A DNA stretch of 64,000 bases from an uncultured Planctomycetota bacterium (GCA_963849325.1 CAWKHF010000013.1:17325-81324), one strand, 5' to 3'; shown: positions 51,743 to 63,191, numbered from the stretch's first letter. Notes: generated by a model from the sequence alone, not told the origin. A program made the numbers and translations.

Positions 51743-54371
51743 TTACTTGCTCTGGAACAGCGGACTCCCTACTATCTCATGGATCAGCGACTGCACGCCA
51801 TAGTGGCGCTCGGCGGTGCGGTCGAGAACTTGCTCGACGGCGGCGCGATCGGAATAGCCGGCGGGTGCGCCGGTGGCGTAGGTCAGCAGTTGGCCGACGA
51901 GATTGCGGGCGATTTGTCGCTCCTCGGCGAGAAGGATCTTTTTGAACTCCTCGATGTCGGCAAAAGGCTGGCCGTCGGCGGTGGCGCCGGCGCAATCGAC
52001 GGGTGGTCCAAGACGATAGCCGACACCGTGGCCGCCGGTCTTGCTTTTATCAACCGGGTCGCCCTGGCCCAGCGAGCGGTAGCGCCGCCGCCAGCCGCCG
52101 ATGACGTCGAAGCTCTCCAGGGCGAAACCGGGCGGGTCCATCTTGGCATGGCAAGCGGCACAGCTAGCGCTGGCCCGATGCTTGGCGAGCTGCTCGCGGA
52201 TGGTGGTGGTGCCGCGCACGTCGGGTTCGATGGCCGGCAGGTCGGGCGGCGGCGGATCGGGCGGCCGACCGACAATCTTGCGCTGCACCCACACGCCGCG
52301 CTTGACCGGCGAAGTGGTTGTGCCGTTGGCCGTGACCTTGTGGACGGCCGCCTGCGTCAAAATGCCGCCGCGATGACTACCCGGTGGCAGCGGCACTCGG
52401 CGGAACGCCGTCCCGCGCACGCCGGCGATGCCGTAATGCTCGGCCATCTTCTGATTGAGCAGCGCGAAGTCCGAATCGACCACGTTGGCGGCGCCGAGGT
52501 CTTTGTGCAGCAATTCGCGGAAGAACGCTCGCGCCTCGCCGGTCATGGAATCGCGCAGGTACGGGCTGAATTCAGGATACAGCCGGCGGTCGGGGCTGGT
52601 CATGTCGATGTCGCGCAGGTCCAACCACTGATCGAGGAAGTCGGCGACGAAGCGCTCGGCCTTCGGATCGGCCAACATGCGCTCAACCTGATCGTGCAGC
52701 GCTTTCGGCTCGCGCAGCCGGCCCTTGTCGGCGAGAGCAAACAACGCATCGTCCGGCATCGAGTTCCACAGGAAATAGGACAGCCGCGATGCCAGCGCCC
52801 AATCGTCGAGCCGGCCGGGCGTCTGGCGCAGAAAGAGGAAATCGGGAGAACAGAGAGCGGCCTTGTACGCGGTTCGCATCGCCTCCTCGAAGCTGCACCT
52901 CGCGGTCAGCCGGTCGCGGACCAGGCCGACGTAACGGCGAACCTCGTCGGCGTTCACGGGCCGGCGGAAGGCGCGGCGGAGGAAGTCGGTCAACAGGCGC
53001 TCGGCGTCGGACTCCGGGTTGGTGCTGGCGACGGTGGCGAAGACGTACTTGCCGGGTCCGTTGCGGCCGTCGCGTCCCGTCTGCCGCGGGCGCTCGCGCT
53101 TCGGCGGGCGCACGTCCTTCTTGGTGGGCAGTGGACCCAGCGGCAGTTCGCCGAACAATCGGCGATGGCTCGCGGATGGCCAGCGATCGTACAGCGGACC
53201 TTCCAGCTCCAGCCAATCGACGGCCACGCCCGGCCCGACGTACTCCGCCGCCCGCCCCCTCGTCTCCGAGACGCGCACCGGCCACAGCGAGGCTGCGTTG
53301 AACTGGATGTATTCGCCGTGGTTGAGCCAAACCTCCGTCTCATGGACGGTCGGCGTCAGGGACGGCGCGTCGAAGTAATCGATCAATCGGCCGTTGACGG
53401 TCAGGCGCGCCGCCTCGGTTCGGGCGGCTGGCTTGACTTCGCCTTTGTCCCAGTGGAAGCCCCACACCGACACGCGGAGCCGATAACGCCCTGGATGGAT
53501 CGCCGTGAACGACGCGAAGCGCGGCACGAAGGCGCAGTCCTCGTGACGGAAGACGCCGACCGCACCCTTGTAGGGAAACAGCTTGTCTCGTTCGTACTGG
53601 GCCAACCCCTTTGGCGCCCGGTCGCGGATGATGGGAACGCCCGTGTCGCGGTCGTATTGGCCGTCCTTGAGGAAGAACAGCGTCGCCGTTGAGGAGGACG
53701 ATCTTGAAGTCGTACTGGGCGCCGGGATAGAGGCGTTCCTTGAACAGCGCCGGCCGATCCGCATAGGAGGCGATGGCCCGGTCGAGGGCGACCTCGGCGG
53801 CTTCCAGGTACTTGGCGAGCTGGACGTGCGAGACATCCAGTGCGGCGGCGCACTTGTCGAAGCCGTGCAGGCGGCCGTCCTCCGGCATCAAATCGCGGAC
53901 GCTCAGGCCGGGCAGATCGAACAGGTCGCGCAGCGTATTTTCATACTCGTTGCGGTTGAGACGGCGGAACAGCGTCCGGCCCTGCCCCTCCTTGCGTCGG
54001 CGATCCGCCGCGGCGAGTTGGGCGTCGAGTTGGCGCAGCACCGCCTCGGTTTCGTCCCCGGGCGGCCGTTTCCGCTTCGGCGGCGGCATGGCGCCGCCTT
54101 GCATTTTGTCGTGGACCTTCACCCAGGCGGCGAAGGCGGCGGGGTCGTTGAGGTTCGCCGTCAGCGTCTCCAGGTCGAGACCGCCCTTCTTCGTCTGGGC
54201 ATCGTGGCAGAGAAGGCAGTGCTTTTCGAGGAAGGAACGCGGCGCCGGCGTCTCGGCGGCGCGGAGGACGGCAGACGGAACCAGGAAAGAGCAAGCCAGC
54301 AGCAAGCCCGTCCAGCGACGGCGAGGGGAAGGATATTCGAGGTTACGATGGAACGATTTCATCCGTTGCAT
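51743..54371 (-). CDS. DUF1592/DUF1588-type (PSD + planctomycete cytochrome) protein; frameshift near 53685
   Basis: CLLCH, RRLNRNEYENTLRDL, RRAFRRP, LASRLSYFLWNSMPD, TSPVKRG, CAACH and MDPPGFALE. Confidence 0.9.
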
Positions 54372-54510
54372 GCGGCCAATCTCGGAGGCGGGTGCAAGGC
54401 GGGAGGGTACGGGCAGGTTCATGGAGTATCTTACAGGATCGGGGCAACGTCAAGCATCGTTTTCGGGAAAGCATCGATGGGGGTGCCCAAAACAGGCGCG
54501 GGACGACGGC

Positions 54511-55526
54511 CTACGATAATTTCTGTCCCAGCGCGTCCATCAGTCCTTCGAGGATCAGCACCAATTGTACGCGCCGGTCGATCTGTCGATCCGCCTCCAG
54601 GCAGCGCTCCAGCGCCTCCAGCAGACGATCGGGTCCGGCGCGGCGAGCGAGTGCTTCGAGTCCGGGACGGTCTTCGGCCTCGCTGCGCCGCGGCGTTCCG
54701 TTCATGCTAACGGTCAGCGCATCATCGAGAAAATCGAGGACCAGGCGCAGCACCAGTTGAGCGCGACGGCGCTGCGCCGCCGACTCCTTGCCGGCCCCTT
54801 CGACGAATTCCATCCACTGGCCGGACAGGTCCACCGAGCGTATCGGCGATTTCGTCAGCCCGTCCAGAAGCGTTCGGCGGAAATCCCACAGGGCGGGGTC
54901 GGCCAACTCCTTCGCCAGTCCGGGACTGCCGGCACCGAGGCGCACCAGGCGCGCTCGCAGAGCGGAATCCTCGATTCCCTGCGCCTGCAACAGTTCCTCG
55001 ACCAACTCCGCCGGCAGGGGGGCGAAGCGAATGACCTGGCAGCGTGAGACGATGGTGGGCAGCTGCCGATCCGGCGTGCTGCCGATGAGGATGAGGACCG
55101 AGCGCGGCGGCGGCTCCTCCAGCGTCTTGAGGAAACAGTTCGCCGCCTCTTCGTTCAGATCGTCGGCGTCATCGAGGAGGATCACCTTGCCGCGGCCGCG
55201 CGCCGACTTGAGCGAAAAGCCCTGGCACAGCTCGCGCATGAGGGCGATGGGGAACTCCAACGCTTCGGGCGGGCGGACGGCGGTGAAGAAGTCGGGGTGC
55301 GTGCCGGCCTCGACTTGCACGCAGGAAGGGCAGCGATCGCAGGCTTGCAGGTTGGCCTCGCTCGCATTCTCGCACAACAGCGCCTTGGCCAGCTCGACGG
55401 CGAACAGCCGCTTGCCCACGCCGGCGGGTCCGGTGAAGAGATACGCATGGGCGAGGCGGCCGCGATGCACCGCGCGCGGAACCCTTCGACCAGGGCGTCA
55501 TGCCCGCGAATCCGCTGCCATGCCAC
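54511..55526 (-). CDS. holB: DNA polymerase III delta' subunit; frameshift near 55475
   Basis: HAYLFTGPAGVGK, Zn-binding CDRCPSC, HPDF, AANCFLKTLEEPP and LPTIVSRC; lies after tmk. Confidence 0.93.
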
Positions 55527-55529
55527 GTC

Positions 55530-56156
55530 TCATTCCCCCTTGATTCCGAGCCGCGATTCGACTTCCCGACAGATGGCTTCATGCACTGCGGTGACCGGCG
55601 CGGCGGCGTCCACGACACGAATGCGTTGGGGACAGCGCCGTGCCTCGGCGAGAAAGCCGCGACGCAAACGGGCGTGATAGTCGGCGCCGCGTCCCTCGAT
55701 GCGGTCGGCGGGACGGCCCCGGCGCGCCGCCGCCTGTTCGGGCGGCAGGTCGAGCACGAGGGTCAAGTCCGGCTCCAGTCCGCCAGCGGCGAAGCGGCCG
55801 ATCTCCCACAGGCGTTCGACGTCCAGTCCGCCGGCGTGGCCCTGGTAGACGACGTTGGCGAGTAAAAAGCGATCCGAGACGACCATCTGCCCCGACGCCA
55901 GGGCAGGCCGGATGACCTCGGCGAGGAGCTGCGCCCGGCTGGCCATGAACAGCAGTGCCTCGCACATGCGGTCGATCTCGGGGCGATGATGCAGCACCAG
56001 GGCGCGGAGCTGTCCGCCCAGGGGAGTGCCGCCCGGATCGACGCAAGAGGTCACGGCATGGCCCCGCGCACGCAGCCAGTCGGCCAGCAGGCGGCATTGC
56101 GTCGATTTGCCGGTGCCGTCCAGACCGTCCAGGGAGATGAAGAGAGGGCGGGGCAT
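55530..56156 (-). CDS. tmk: dTMP kinase
   Basis: FISLDGLDGTGKSTQ, EALLFMASRAQ, SDRF..YQG and PDLTLVLD. Confidence 0.95.
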   Translation of the reverse strand: MPRPLFISLDGLDGTGKSTQCRLLADWLRARGHAVTSCVDPGGTPLGGQLRALVLHHRPEIDRMCEALLFMASRAQLLAEVIRPALASGQMVVSDRFLLANVVYQGHAGGLDVERLWEIGRFAAGGLEPDLTLVLDLPPEQAAARRGRPADRIEGRGADYHARLRRGFLAEARRCPQRIRVVDAAAPVTAVHEAICREVESRLGIKGE

Positions 56157-56170
56157 CGAAACGGATTCCC

Positions 56171-56236
56171 GTTTCGCCGCGATGCGCAGCGGAGCGTGGG
56201 GCCATCTCCGCGCTCCGCTGCCCGTCGCGGCTAAAC
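56171..56236. repeat. Degenerate copy of the 9089 REP-like palindrome
   Basis: GTTTCGCCGCGATGCGCAGCGGAGCG...CGCTCCGCTGCCCGTCGCGGCTAAAC. Confidence 0.88.
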
Positions 56237-56476
56237 ATCCTGTGAGTCGGACTCAACCACGCCGAGCACCTGGCCGGGGGTGAGCAGGTCGCGCGGCCAG
56301 GCGAGACGTTCGACCAGCCGGCCCGTGGCCGGAGCAGACACGTCGAAGGTGGCCCCGGCAACCACCACCTCCACCAGCCGATCGCCCGCGAACACCGTCT
56401 CGCCCGGCGCCGCGAACCACAAGCTCAGGCGGACCGGCGAGGCGCCCAGATCAGGCAGGACGACCGGACTGCGCAT
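56231..56476 (-). CDS. Stand-alone biotin/lipoyl-attachment-like domain protein
   Basis: WFAAPGETVFAGDRLVEV...DVSAPATG; directly downstream of lipA. Confidence 0.8.
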   Translation of the reverse strand: MRSPVVLPDLGASPVRLSLWFAAPGETVFAGDRLVEVVVAGATFDVSAPATGRLVERLAWPRDLLTPGQVLGVVESDSQDV

Positions 56477-57356
56477 GATCGCCTACCATCTCGTCGGCGT
56501 GATAACTGGAGCGGACGAACGGTCCCGCCACCACCTTGAGGAACCCCAGCGTCCGTGCCAGCGCCGCCAGAGCGTCGAACTCCGCCGGCGGGACGTAGCG
56601 CGCCACCGGAATATGCTTGAGCGTCGGCGCGAGGTACTGGCCCAGCGTCAGCGTATCGCAGCCGGCGGCGCGCAGGTCGGCCAGCACGTCGAACAGCTCT
56701 TCCGTCGTCTCGCCCAGGCCCAGCATGAGGCCGCTCTTGGTGACGGTGGCCGGAGCGCGGCGCTTGACGTGGGCCAGCAGATCGAGGCTGCGCTGATAGC
56801 AGGCCCGGCCGCGGACCTTCTTGTACAGGCGCGGCACCGTCTCCATGTTGTGGTTGAACACCTCCGGCGCCGCCTCCAGCACGCGATCGACCGCCGACAA
56901 ATCGCCGAGGAAGTCGGGCGTCAGCACCTCCACTGCCGCCCCGGTGCGCTGACGCACGGCCAGGACGCAGCGGCGGAAATGATCGGCGCCGCCGTCGGGC
57001 AGGTCGTCGCGCGTCACCGAGGTGATGACGACGTGTCGCAGACCCAGGCGGTGCGCCGCCTCGGCCACGCGGGCCGGCTCGTCGTCCTCGAGGGCGTCGG
57101 GCGCACCCTTGGGCACCGAGCAGAAGCCGCACGGCCGGGTGCAGACGTTGCCAAGGACCATGAAGGTGGCGGTGCGGCGCGAATAGCACTCCGGCCGATT
57201 GGGGCAGCGAGCGTTCTCGCAGACCGTCTCTAGACGCAGTTCGCGGAGCAATTCCTGGGTGAAGAAGTTCCCATTCCCGCGCGGCAGCCTGCGCTTCAGC
57301 CACGACGGCAACCGTCGAACCGGGGCCGTGGGATCAATCGTCGGCAACGAGAGCAT
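56451..57356 (-). CDS. lipA: Lipoyl synthase
   Basis: CENARCPNRPEC, CTRPCGFC, FNHNMETV, TKSGLMLGLGE and RSSYHA. Confidence 0.97.
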   Translation of the reverse strand: MLSLPTIDPTAPVRRLPSWLKRRLPRGNGNFFTQELLRELRLETVCENARCPNRPECYSRRTATFMVLGNVCTRPCGFCSVPKGAPDALEDDEPARVAEAAHRLGLRHVVITSVTRDDLPDGGADHFRRCVLAVRQRTGAAVEVLTPDFLGDLSAVDRVLEAAPEVFNHNMETVPRLYKKVRGRACYQRSLDLLAHVKRRAPATVTKSGLMLGLGETTEELFDVLADLRAAGCDTLTLGQYLAPTLKHIPVARYVPPAEFDALAALARTLGFLKVVAGPFVRSSYHADEMVGDHAQSGRPA

Positions 57357-57614
57357 TCGCAACGCCTTTCATCCGTCCTTTCCGCGAACTCAGCCCGAAC
57401 CGATTCGCCCTGAACTCAGTGTAGCAACGCCTTCCCGACGCGGACAAGCGGAATCGAAAGGCCGATGAGCCCAGTCGCGGCTTTCTCCGCATCTTTCTGG
57501 CATGGCATGTGCTCTACCTTCCACCGCGATCGTTGCGGGCCGGGAACGCTCGGCGGTCGTCACCGAGGAAGGTTTGTTTTTGAACCGAAAAGTATCTCTT
57601 GTGGAGGAATTGTC

Positions 57615-57785
57615 ATGCTGCGCATTGCCATCCTGTTCCTGGTGATCGCCCTGATCGCCGCCCTGTTCGGTTTTACGACCATCGTGGGTACGTCCCTAGA
57701 GGCCGCCAAGATCGTGTTCTTCGTCTTCATCGTGCTGGCGGTGCTGTCGTTCCTGGGTGGGATGTTCCGCGCCCCACCCGTATGA
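57615..57785 (+). CDS. DUF1328 (YtjA-like) small membrane protein
   Basis: GGAGG SD; MLRIAILFLVIALIAALFGF..AAKIVFFVF. Confidence 0.9.
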   Translation: MLRIAILFLVIALIAALFGFTTIVGTSLEAAKIVFFVFIVLAVLSFLGGMFRAPPV

Positions 57786-57952
57786 TCGGCTCCCGGTCGG
57801 CCGCGGAGCCGTAACGATCATCCCGGAGCGCCGGGGACGAGGCGTTTGGCCTCCTCCCCGGCGCTCTCGCCGTATCCTCAGCCGGTGGCTCGTTTCCGCC
57901 CTCCTCTCTCCTACAATGCCCTGGAACTGGAATTCTCCCCGAGGACCAACTC

Positions 57953-59870
57953 GTGCCCAACCCTTCAACGACGAAGACCCGCGACTCCTTTCTGATCCTG
58001 TGCGGCCTGGTCCTGGTCACGGCCTGCCTGTACTGGGCGCGGCAGGTGTTGGTGCCGGTCGCCCTGGCCGTCTTGCTGGCCTTCATCTTGACGCCGGCGG
58101 TGTCGGCCCTTCAGCGGCGCGGGCTGGGCCGCGTGTTCTCCGTGCTCCTCGTCGTGACTCTGGCCTTGCTGCTGCTGGGCGGAAGCGGTTACGTGGTCTC
58201 CCGTCAGATCAGTACCCTGCTCGGCAATCTGCCCAGCTACGAAGAGGAAATCGTGCAAAAGATCCGGCCTTGCGCGGCGCGGGAGAGGGAGGGATTTGGG
58301 GGCGCGTTTTCGACACCTTCTCCGACATCTCCAACCAACTGAATGCGGACACGACCCGGAAGGAAGCCGAGAGCGCGAGCAAGAAGATGAAGGAAGCCAC
58401 GGCCAAACCGGGCGCGGGCGAGACGGCGACGACGAACGAGCCGGGCCACAGCGCGGCCAACCCGCTGTACGTGCAGCAGACCCCTTCCGGTTGGACTCAT
58501 GCGGCCGAAGCGATCGGGCCGGCGGCCGAGGGGTTGGCCGACGCCTTCCTCATCCTGGTCCTGGTCATCTTCATCCTGATGCAGCGCGAGAACCTGCGCA
58601 ACCGCTGCGTCCGCCTGATCGGGCACGGCCGGCTGATCGTGACGACGCAAGCCTTCGACGAAGGCGGCCAGCGCGTCAGCCGCTACCTGCTGATGCAGCT
58701 GCTCGTCAACACCCTCTTCGGCGTGACGCTGGCGGTCGCCCTGTTCGTGACCGGCTTGTCGTCCGGCGACCGGGTGCTGTGGCAGTACGCGCTGTTGTGG
58801 GGTTTTGTCGCCGGCACCTTGCGGTTTGTGCCCTATGTCGGCACCTGGGTCGCCGCCGCCCTGGTCACCGCCTTTAGCATCGCCACCCTGCAAGGCTGGG
58901 CTTTGCCGCTCGTTATCTTCGGTTTCTTCATCGTTATTGAATTGGTCACCGCCAACGTGGTCGAGCCGCTGTTGTTCGGCCACAGTACGGGCATCTCGCC
59001 GTTGGCCCTGCTGCTGGCCGCCGCCTTCTGGACCTGGCTATGGGGCCCGGTGGGGCTGATCCTGTCCACCCCCCTCACCGTCATTCTCGTCGTCCTGGGC
59101 AAGTACGTGCCGGAGCTGCACTTCCTGGAAGTGCTGCTCGGAGACGAGCCGGTCCTCAGTACCGACGTGACCTATTACCAGCGTCTGGTGGCGCGCGATC
59201 TCGACGAGGCCAGCGACCTCGTTGAGAACGCTTTGCGCGATCATCCGCCGCGAGGCGGTCTATGAGGACGTCCTGCTGCCGGCCCTGCTGCTGGCCAAAA
59301 AGGACCGCGACCGCGGCGAACTGGAGGCAGACAGTTACGAGTTCGTACTGCAAGGGATGCGCGACACGGAGGAAGACCTGGCCGCGGTCCTGGCCGAGCA
59401 GAGCAAGGACAAGGCGGGAACGGGGAAGGCGACCGCCCTCGGCTGTCCGGGCCGCGACGAAGCCGACGAGTTGGCCCTGGAGATGCTCAGCCAGATGCTG
59501 CGATTGTCGGGCTACACGTTGGAGGTTGTCTCCTCGGAGAAGCTCAGCGCCGAGGTGCTCGCTCACATCGAGCGCGATCTCTCCGGCCGTGGTGTGTATC
59601 GGCTCGCTGCCGCCGGGCGGCGTGGCCCAGACGCGCTACCTGTGCAAGCGCATCCGCCAGCAGGCGCCGAACGTGAAAATCGTCGTCGGCCGCTGGGGCG
59701 ATGGGGGCAACACGGAGCGCATGGAAAAGCGTCTTCGCGGCGCCGGCGCCGACCAGTTGTCCACAAGCCTGCACGACAGCCGCGAACAGATCATCCCTTT
59801 GCTTCAGGTGGCGACGAACGTCACTTCGTCCGCGGAGACGAGCGCTCCCCAGTTGGTCACGAGCCGCTAA
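57953..59870 (+). CDS. AI-2E family transporter with C-terminal B12-binding-like domain; several frameshifts
   Basis: VPVALAVLLAFILTP, RVSRYL, LRFVPYVG, EPLLFGHSTGISP and WLWGPVGLILSTPLT. Confidence 0.88.
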
Positions 59871-60189
59871 ACTGCCATCGGCCATCCGCTCCGCGCCGCA
59901 GCGCTTGCACGGCGATGACGGCGTCGGGGTTAATGGGTCCATAGATGTGGGGGAAGAACTCGCCGCTGCCGGCCGGTTCCTCGCGCCACGGGCTGGTCAG
60001 GCGGGTCGGGTCGATGTGCAGGACGAGAAGGTCTTGCTTGTCCGCGTAGAAGCGATTCGCCGACGCGGCGACTTGCTCGGCGTAGGAGCCGTGGATGAAA
60101 CCTTCACCGGCCAGCGATTCCGCCCGGTACGGCTGACCGGCGTTCTGCTCCCACGCGCTTGGGAGCACCAGATGATAAATCGTCCGCAT
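59857..60189 (-). CDS. DUF952 family protein
   Basis: IYHL..SLAGEGFIH..ANRFY..FPHIYGPIN. Confidence 0.9.
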   Translation of the reverse strand: MRTIYHLVLPSAWEQNAGQPYRAESLAGEGFIHGSYAEQVAASANRFYADKQDLLVLHIDPTRLTSPWREEPAGSGEFFPHIYGPINPDAVIAVQALRRGADGRWQFSGS

Positions 60190-60214
60190 GGCGTGTCCTC
60201 TCTTGCGGACCATT

Positions 60215-60865
60215 TTATGAATCCGGATGAGGCAGTCCGACTCCCCGCGAGCGCAGGAGGTTGACGCGCTGGACGACCCCGACCTGGCGGGGGTTGTACT
60301 CCAGGGCGGTCTGGTAGAGCAGCAGGGCACGCTCGGGGCGGTTGAGTTCCTCGTAAATCGCGGCCATCTCGACGAGGGCGCGGGTATCGCGCGGATCGAG
60401 GTCGAGCGCCTGCTGATAGCGCATCAGAGCCTTGATGGGATCGCCGTCCTGGTGGTACAGCCAGCCATCCTCGGCGTAGGCGGCGGCGAGCTTGGGTTTC
60501 TGGGCGAGCCAGTCCTGCACCATGCGTTGCGCCTCGACGATCCGCCCTTGCTTGACCATCAGTGCCGTCAGGGCGTGCCGGCAAGCGGCATGGTTGGGAT
60601 CGCTGTGCAGACATTCCTGGTAGGCTTGCTCGGCCTGTTGCGTCTGTCCGAGGCGGTCGTGGCATTGGCCGAGGTTGAAGAGCAGGTCGGCATCGTCCGG
60701 CCGCAGCATCAGCGCCGCCTGAAATTCTTCACGGGCATGATCGTATTCGCCGCGCTCGAACAGCTGGGCGCCGTCCTCGTTGAATTGCTGGACGCGCTCC
60801 TGCGCTGTCGGCGCACAGGACGCCACGAGCAACGCCACCACGGCGACCGAGCCGACCCGCCCCAT
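60215..60865 (-). CDS. TPR-repeat lipoprotein
   Basis: Lipobox LVASC; repeated A..YQ.AL..DP TPR units. Confidence 0.88.
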   Translation of the reverse strand: MGRVGSVAVVALLVASCAPTAQERVQQFNEDGAQLFERGEYDHAREEFQAALMLRPDDADLLFNLGQCHDRLGQTQQAEQAYQECLHSDPNHAACRHALTALMVKQGRIVEAQRMVQDWLAQKPKLAAAYAEDGWLYHQDGDPIKALMRYQQALDLDPRDTRALVEMAAIYEELNRPERALLLYQTALEYNPRQVGVVQRVNLLRSRGVGLPHPDS

Positions 60866-60907
60866 GTCGCACCTCCCCACCGGGCTTATAAACTCCGGGA
60901 CAGGTTG

Positions 60908-61015
60908 TGACAAGGTGACAAGGTGACAAAGGGGTAAGATGGTTTAAGGGAGGTAGGGGAAGTAGGCTGCGAATAATCGCAGAGATGGAGGGTTTGTCAC
61001 CTTGTCACCTTGTCA
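60908..61015. repeat. Palindromic element with GGTGACAA 8-mer tandem arms
   Basis: TGACAAGGTGACAAGGTGACAAA...TTTGTCACCTTGTCACCTTGTCA. Confidence 0.92.
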
Positions 61016-61973
61016 TCCGACGCCGACGGGTCGCCTGGCTCCCTCGCCCACCGGGGCGCAGCACATTGGCAACGCACGCACTTACTTGATCGCCTGGCTG
61101 TCCGCCCGCAGCCGCGGCGGACGTGTGGTGCTGCGCATCGAGGACATCGATTCGCCGCGCGTCAAGGCAGGGGCCGACCGACAGGCGTGCGATGACCTGC
61201 GCTGGCTGGGCCTGGATTGGGACGAAGGGCCGCTCGATCCAGACCGAGCGATTGCCGCTTTACCGTGCCGCTCTCGCCCAGCTCCAGGCGCGGGAGTTGG
61301 TCTACCCCTGCACCTGCACGCGCGGCGACGTCGAGCGCGCCGCCAGCGCTCCTCACGCGGAGCATGAAGGCCCGGTCTACCCCGGCATCTGCGCCGGCCG
61401 CACCGTGCGGGATGCCGAAGCGCTGGGCGATCGTTCCTTCTGCTGGCGCTTCCGCGTGCCGGTCCACTCCCCGGCGTTCGTTGATGGTTTCCGCGGTCCC
61501 ACGCACGTCGATCTCCGCGCCGTCGGCGGCGACTTCGTCGTCTGGAAAGCCCCGCGCCCGGAAATGGGACGTGTACGCCGGCCTATCAGCTGGCCGTCGT
61601 GGTGGATGACGCGGCGCAGGGGGTGACGGAAGTGGTGCGCGGCGACGACCTGGTTCCCTCGACGCCGCGTCAGTTGCTGCTCTACCAGGCGCTCGGCCTG
61701 ACGCCACCCTCGTTCGTCCACGTCCCGCTGGTCGTCGGACCCGATGGCCGGCGGCTGGCCAAGCGGCACGGTGACACCCGGTTGTCGGCGCTGCGGCGGG
61801 CCGGCGTTCGGCCCGAAACGCTGCTGGGACTCCTGGCCTGGTCGTGTGGCTGGAGGGACGCCATCGCGCCGATCGCGGCGCGGCAATTGTGTCCGCTGTT
61901 CCGGCTGGAGACGATTCCTCCCACGCCATTCGTGCTGACGCCGGACTTGCTGCGGCGCATCGGCTACGGATAA
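61002..61973 (+). CDS. gluQ: tRNA glutamyl-Q(34) synthetase GluQRS; frameshifts
   Basis: [45 protein letters not shown] and RLAKRHG; no anticodon-binding domain. Confidence 0.9.
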
Positions 61974-61982
61974 CTCTTGCCC

Positions 61983-62928
61983 TCACGCCGCCTGGCGCTG
62001 AGCCTGTCCCTGCTGCCAGGCGATTTGGCGCGTCAGACCCTCGTCAAGTCCAACGTGCGGCTGCCAACCGAGATGGCGGAAGAGCTTGGTGGTGTCGGCG
62101 CCGGTGAAGCGCTGATCGCCGGGCCGGCCCGCCTCGCGGCGAACGACGGCGCGGCGGCCGAGGAGTTTCTCCAGTTTGCCGAGGATCTCCCAGACGTTGG
62201 CCGTTTCGCCGCCGCCGACGTTGTAGACCTCGCCGACCGGCGCTTCCAGCGCCGCCACCGTGGCCGCCACGCAGTCCTCGACGTAGGTGTTGCCGCGCAA
62301 CTGCAAGCCATCGCCGTAGACGACGACGGGCTGGCCGTGCAGCAGGGCGTGGATGAAGCGATGATAGCCCATGTCGGGGCGCTGTCGGGGTCCGTACACG
62401 GAGAAATAACGCAGCACGACGAGCGGCAGGCCGCACTCCTCGGCGTGGGCGCGACACAGGTTCTCGGCCGCCAGCTTGGTGACGCCGTAGGGCGAGATCG
62501 GCCGCGTCGGCAGCGTCTCGTCGCCGGAGCCGTAACGGCCATAGACGGACGAGGTGGAGACGTAAACGAAGCGACGCAAGCCCGGCAACCCTCGAACCGC
62601 TTCCAGCAGCCGCTGCGTCCCGGTGACGTTGCAGCTTTCGTAGAGATCGAAGTCCGTCCAGCTGCGCGTCAGTCCCGGCATGGCCGCGAGGTGGAAGACC
62701 GCCTCGACTCCGTCCAGAGCGGCGTCGAGCGGATCGGAGCGAAGGTCGAGCGGATGAAAGCGGAAGGCCGAATGACTGCGGAAAACGGCCAGGTTGGCTT
62801 CCTTGACGGCGCGAGGATAGAAGGGGATGAAGGCGTCGAGTCCGACGACGGTGTGTGCCGTCTCGAAGCAGGTGTTCGCACAGATGCGAGCCGATGAAGC
62901 CGGCGGCGCCGGTGACGAGACATTTCAT
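61983..62928 (-). CDS. NAD-dependent nucleotide-sugar epimerase/dehydratase; frameshift near 62855
   Basis: LVTGAAGFIGSH, STSSVYG, YGVTK and RYFSVYGPRQRPDM. Confidence 0.92.
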
Positions 62929-63077
62929 GCGCGTATCCTTCCTTGGGCGGCGCGAACGCTCCAGTCCGCGCGGATCGTTGCGGGCCTGGCCGGCACGACC
63001 GCAAGCGAAGGTCGAATGTAGCAAGACCACACCACCAAAACAACGGCGACCGGACCGCTGCCAGCCAAAGTCTGCAC

Positions 63078-63106
63078 TTGACGGAGGTGCCTGAACTACC
63101 TATGTT
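63078..63106 (+). promoter_or_regulatory. Sigma70 promoter of tRNA-Val
   Basis: TTGACG-17-TATGTT, ending 11 nt upstream of the tRNA. Confidence 0.7.
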
Positions 63107-63117
63107 GCATCGTGCCC

Positions 63118-63191
63118 GGGCGCTTAGCTCAGTTGGCTAGAGCACCAGCTCGACACGCTGGGGGTCACTGGTTCAAGTCCAGTAGCGCCCA
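63118..63191 (+). tRNA. tRNA-Val(GAC); CCA not encoded
   Basis: Acceptor GGGCGCT/AGCGCCC, D-arm GCTC/GAGC, anticodon arm CCAGC-TCGACAC-GCTGG, T-arm ACTGG-TTCAAGT-CCAGT. Confidence 0.96.
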
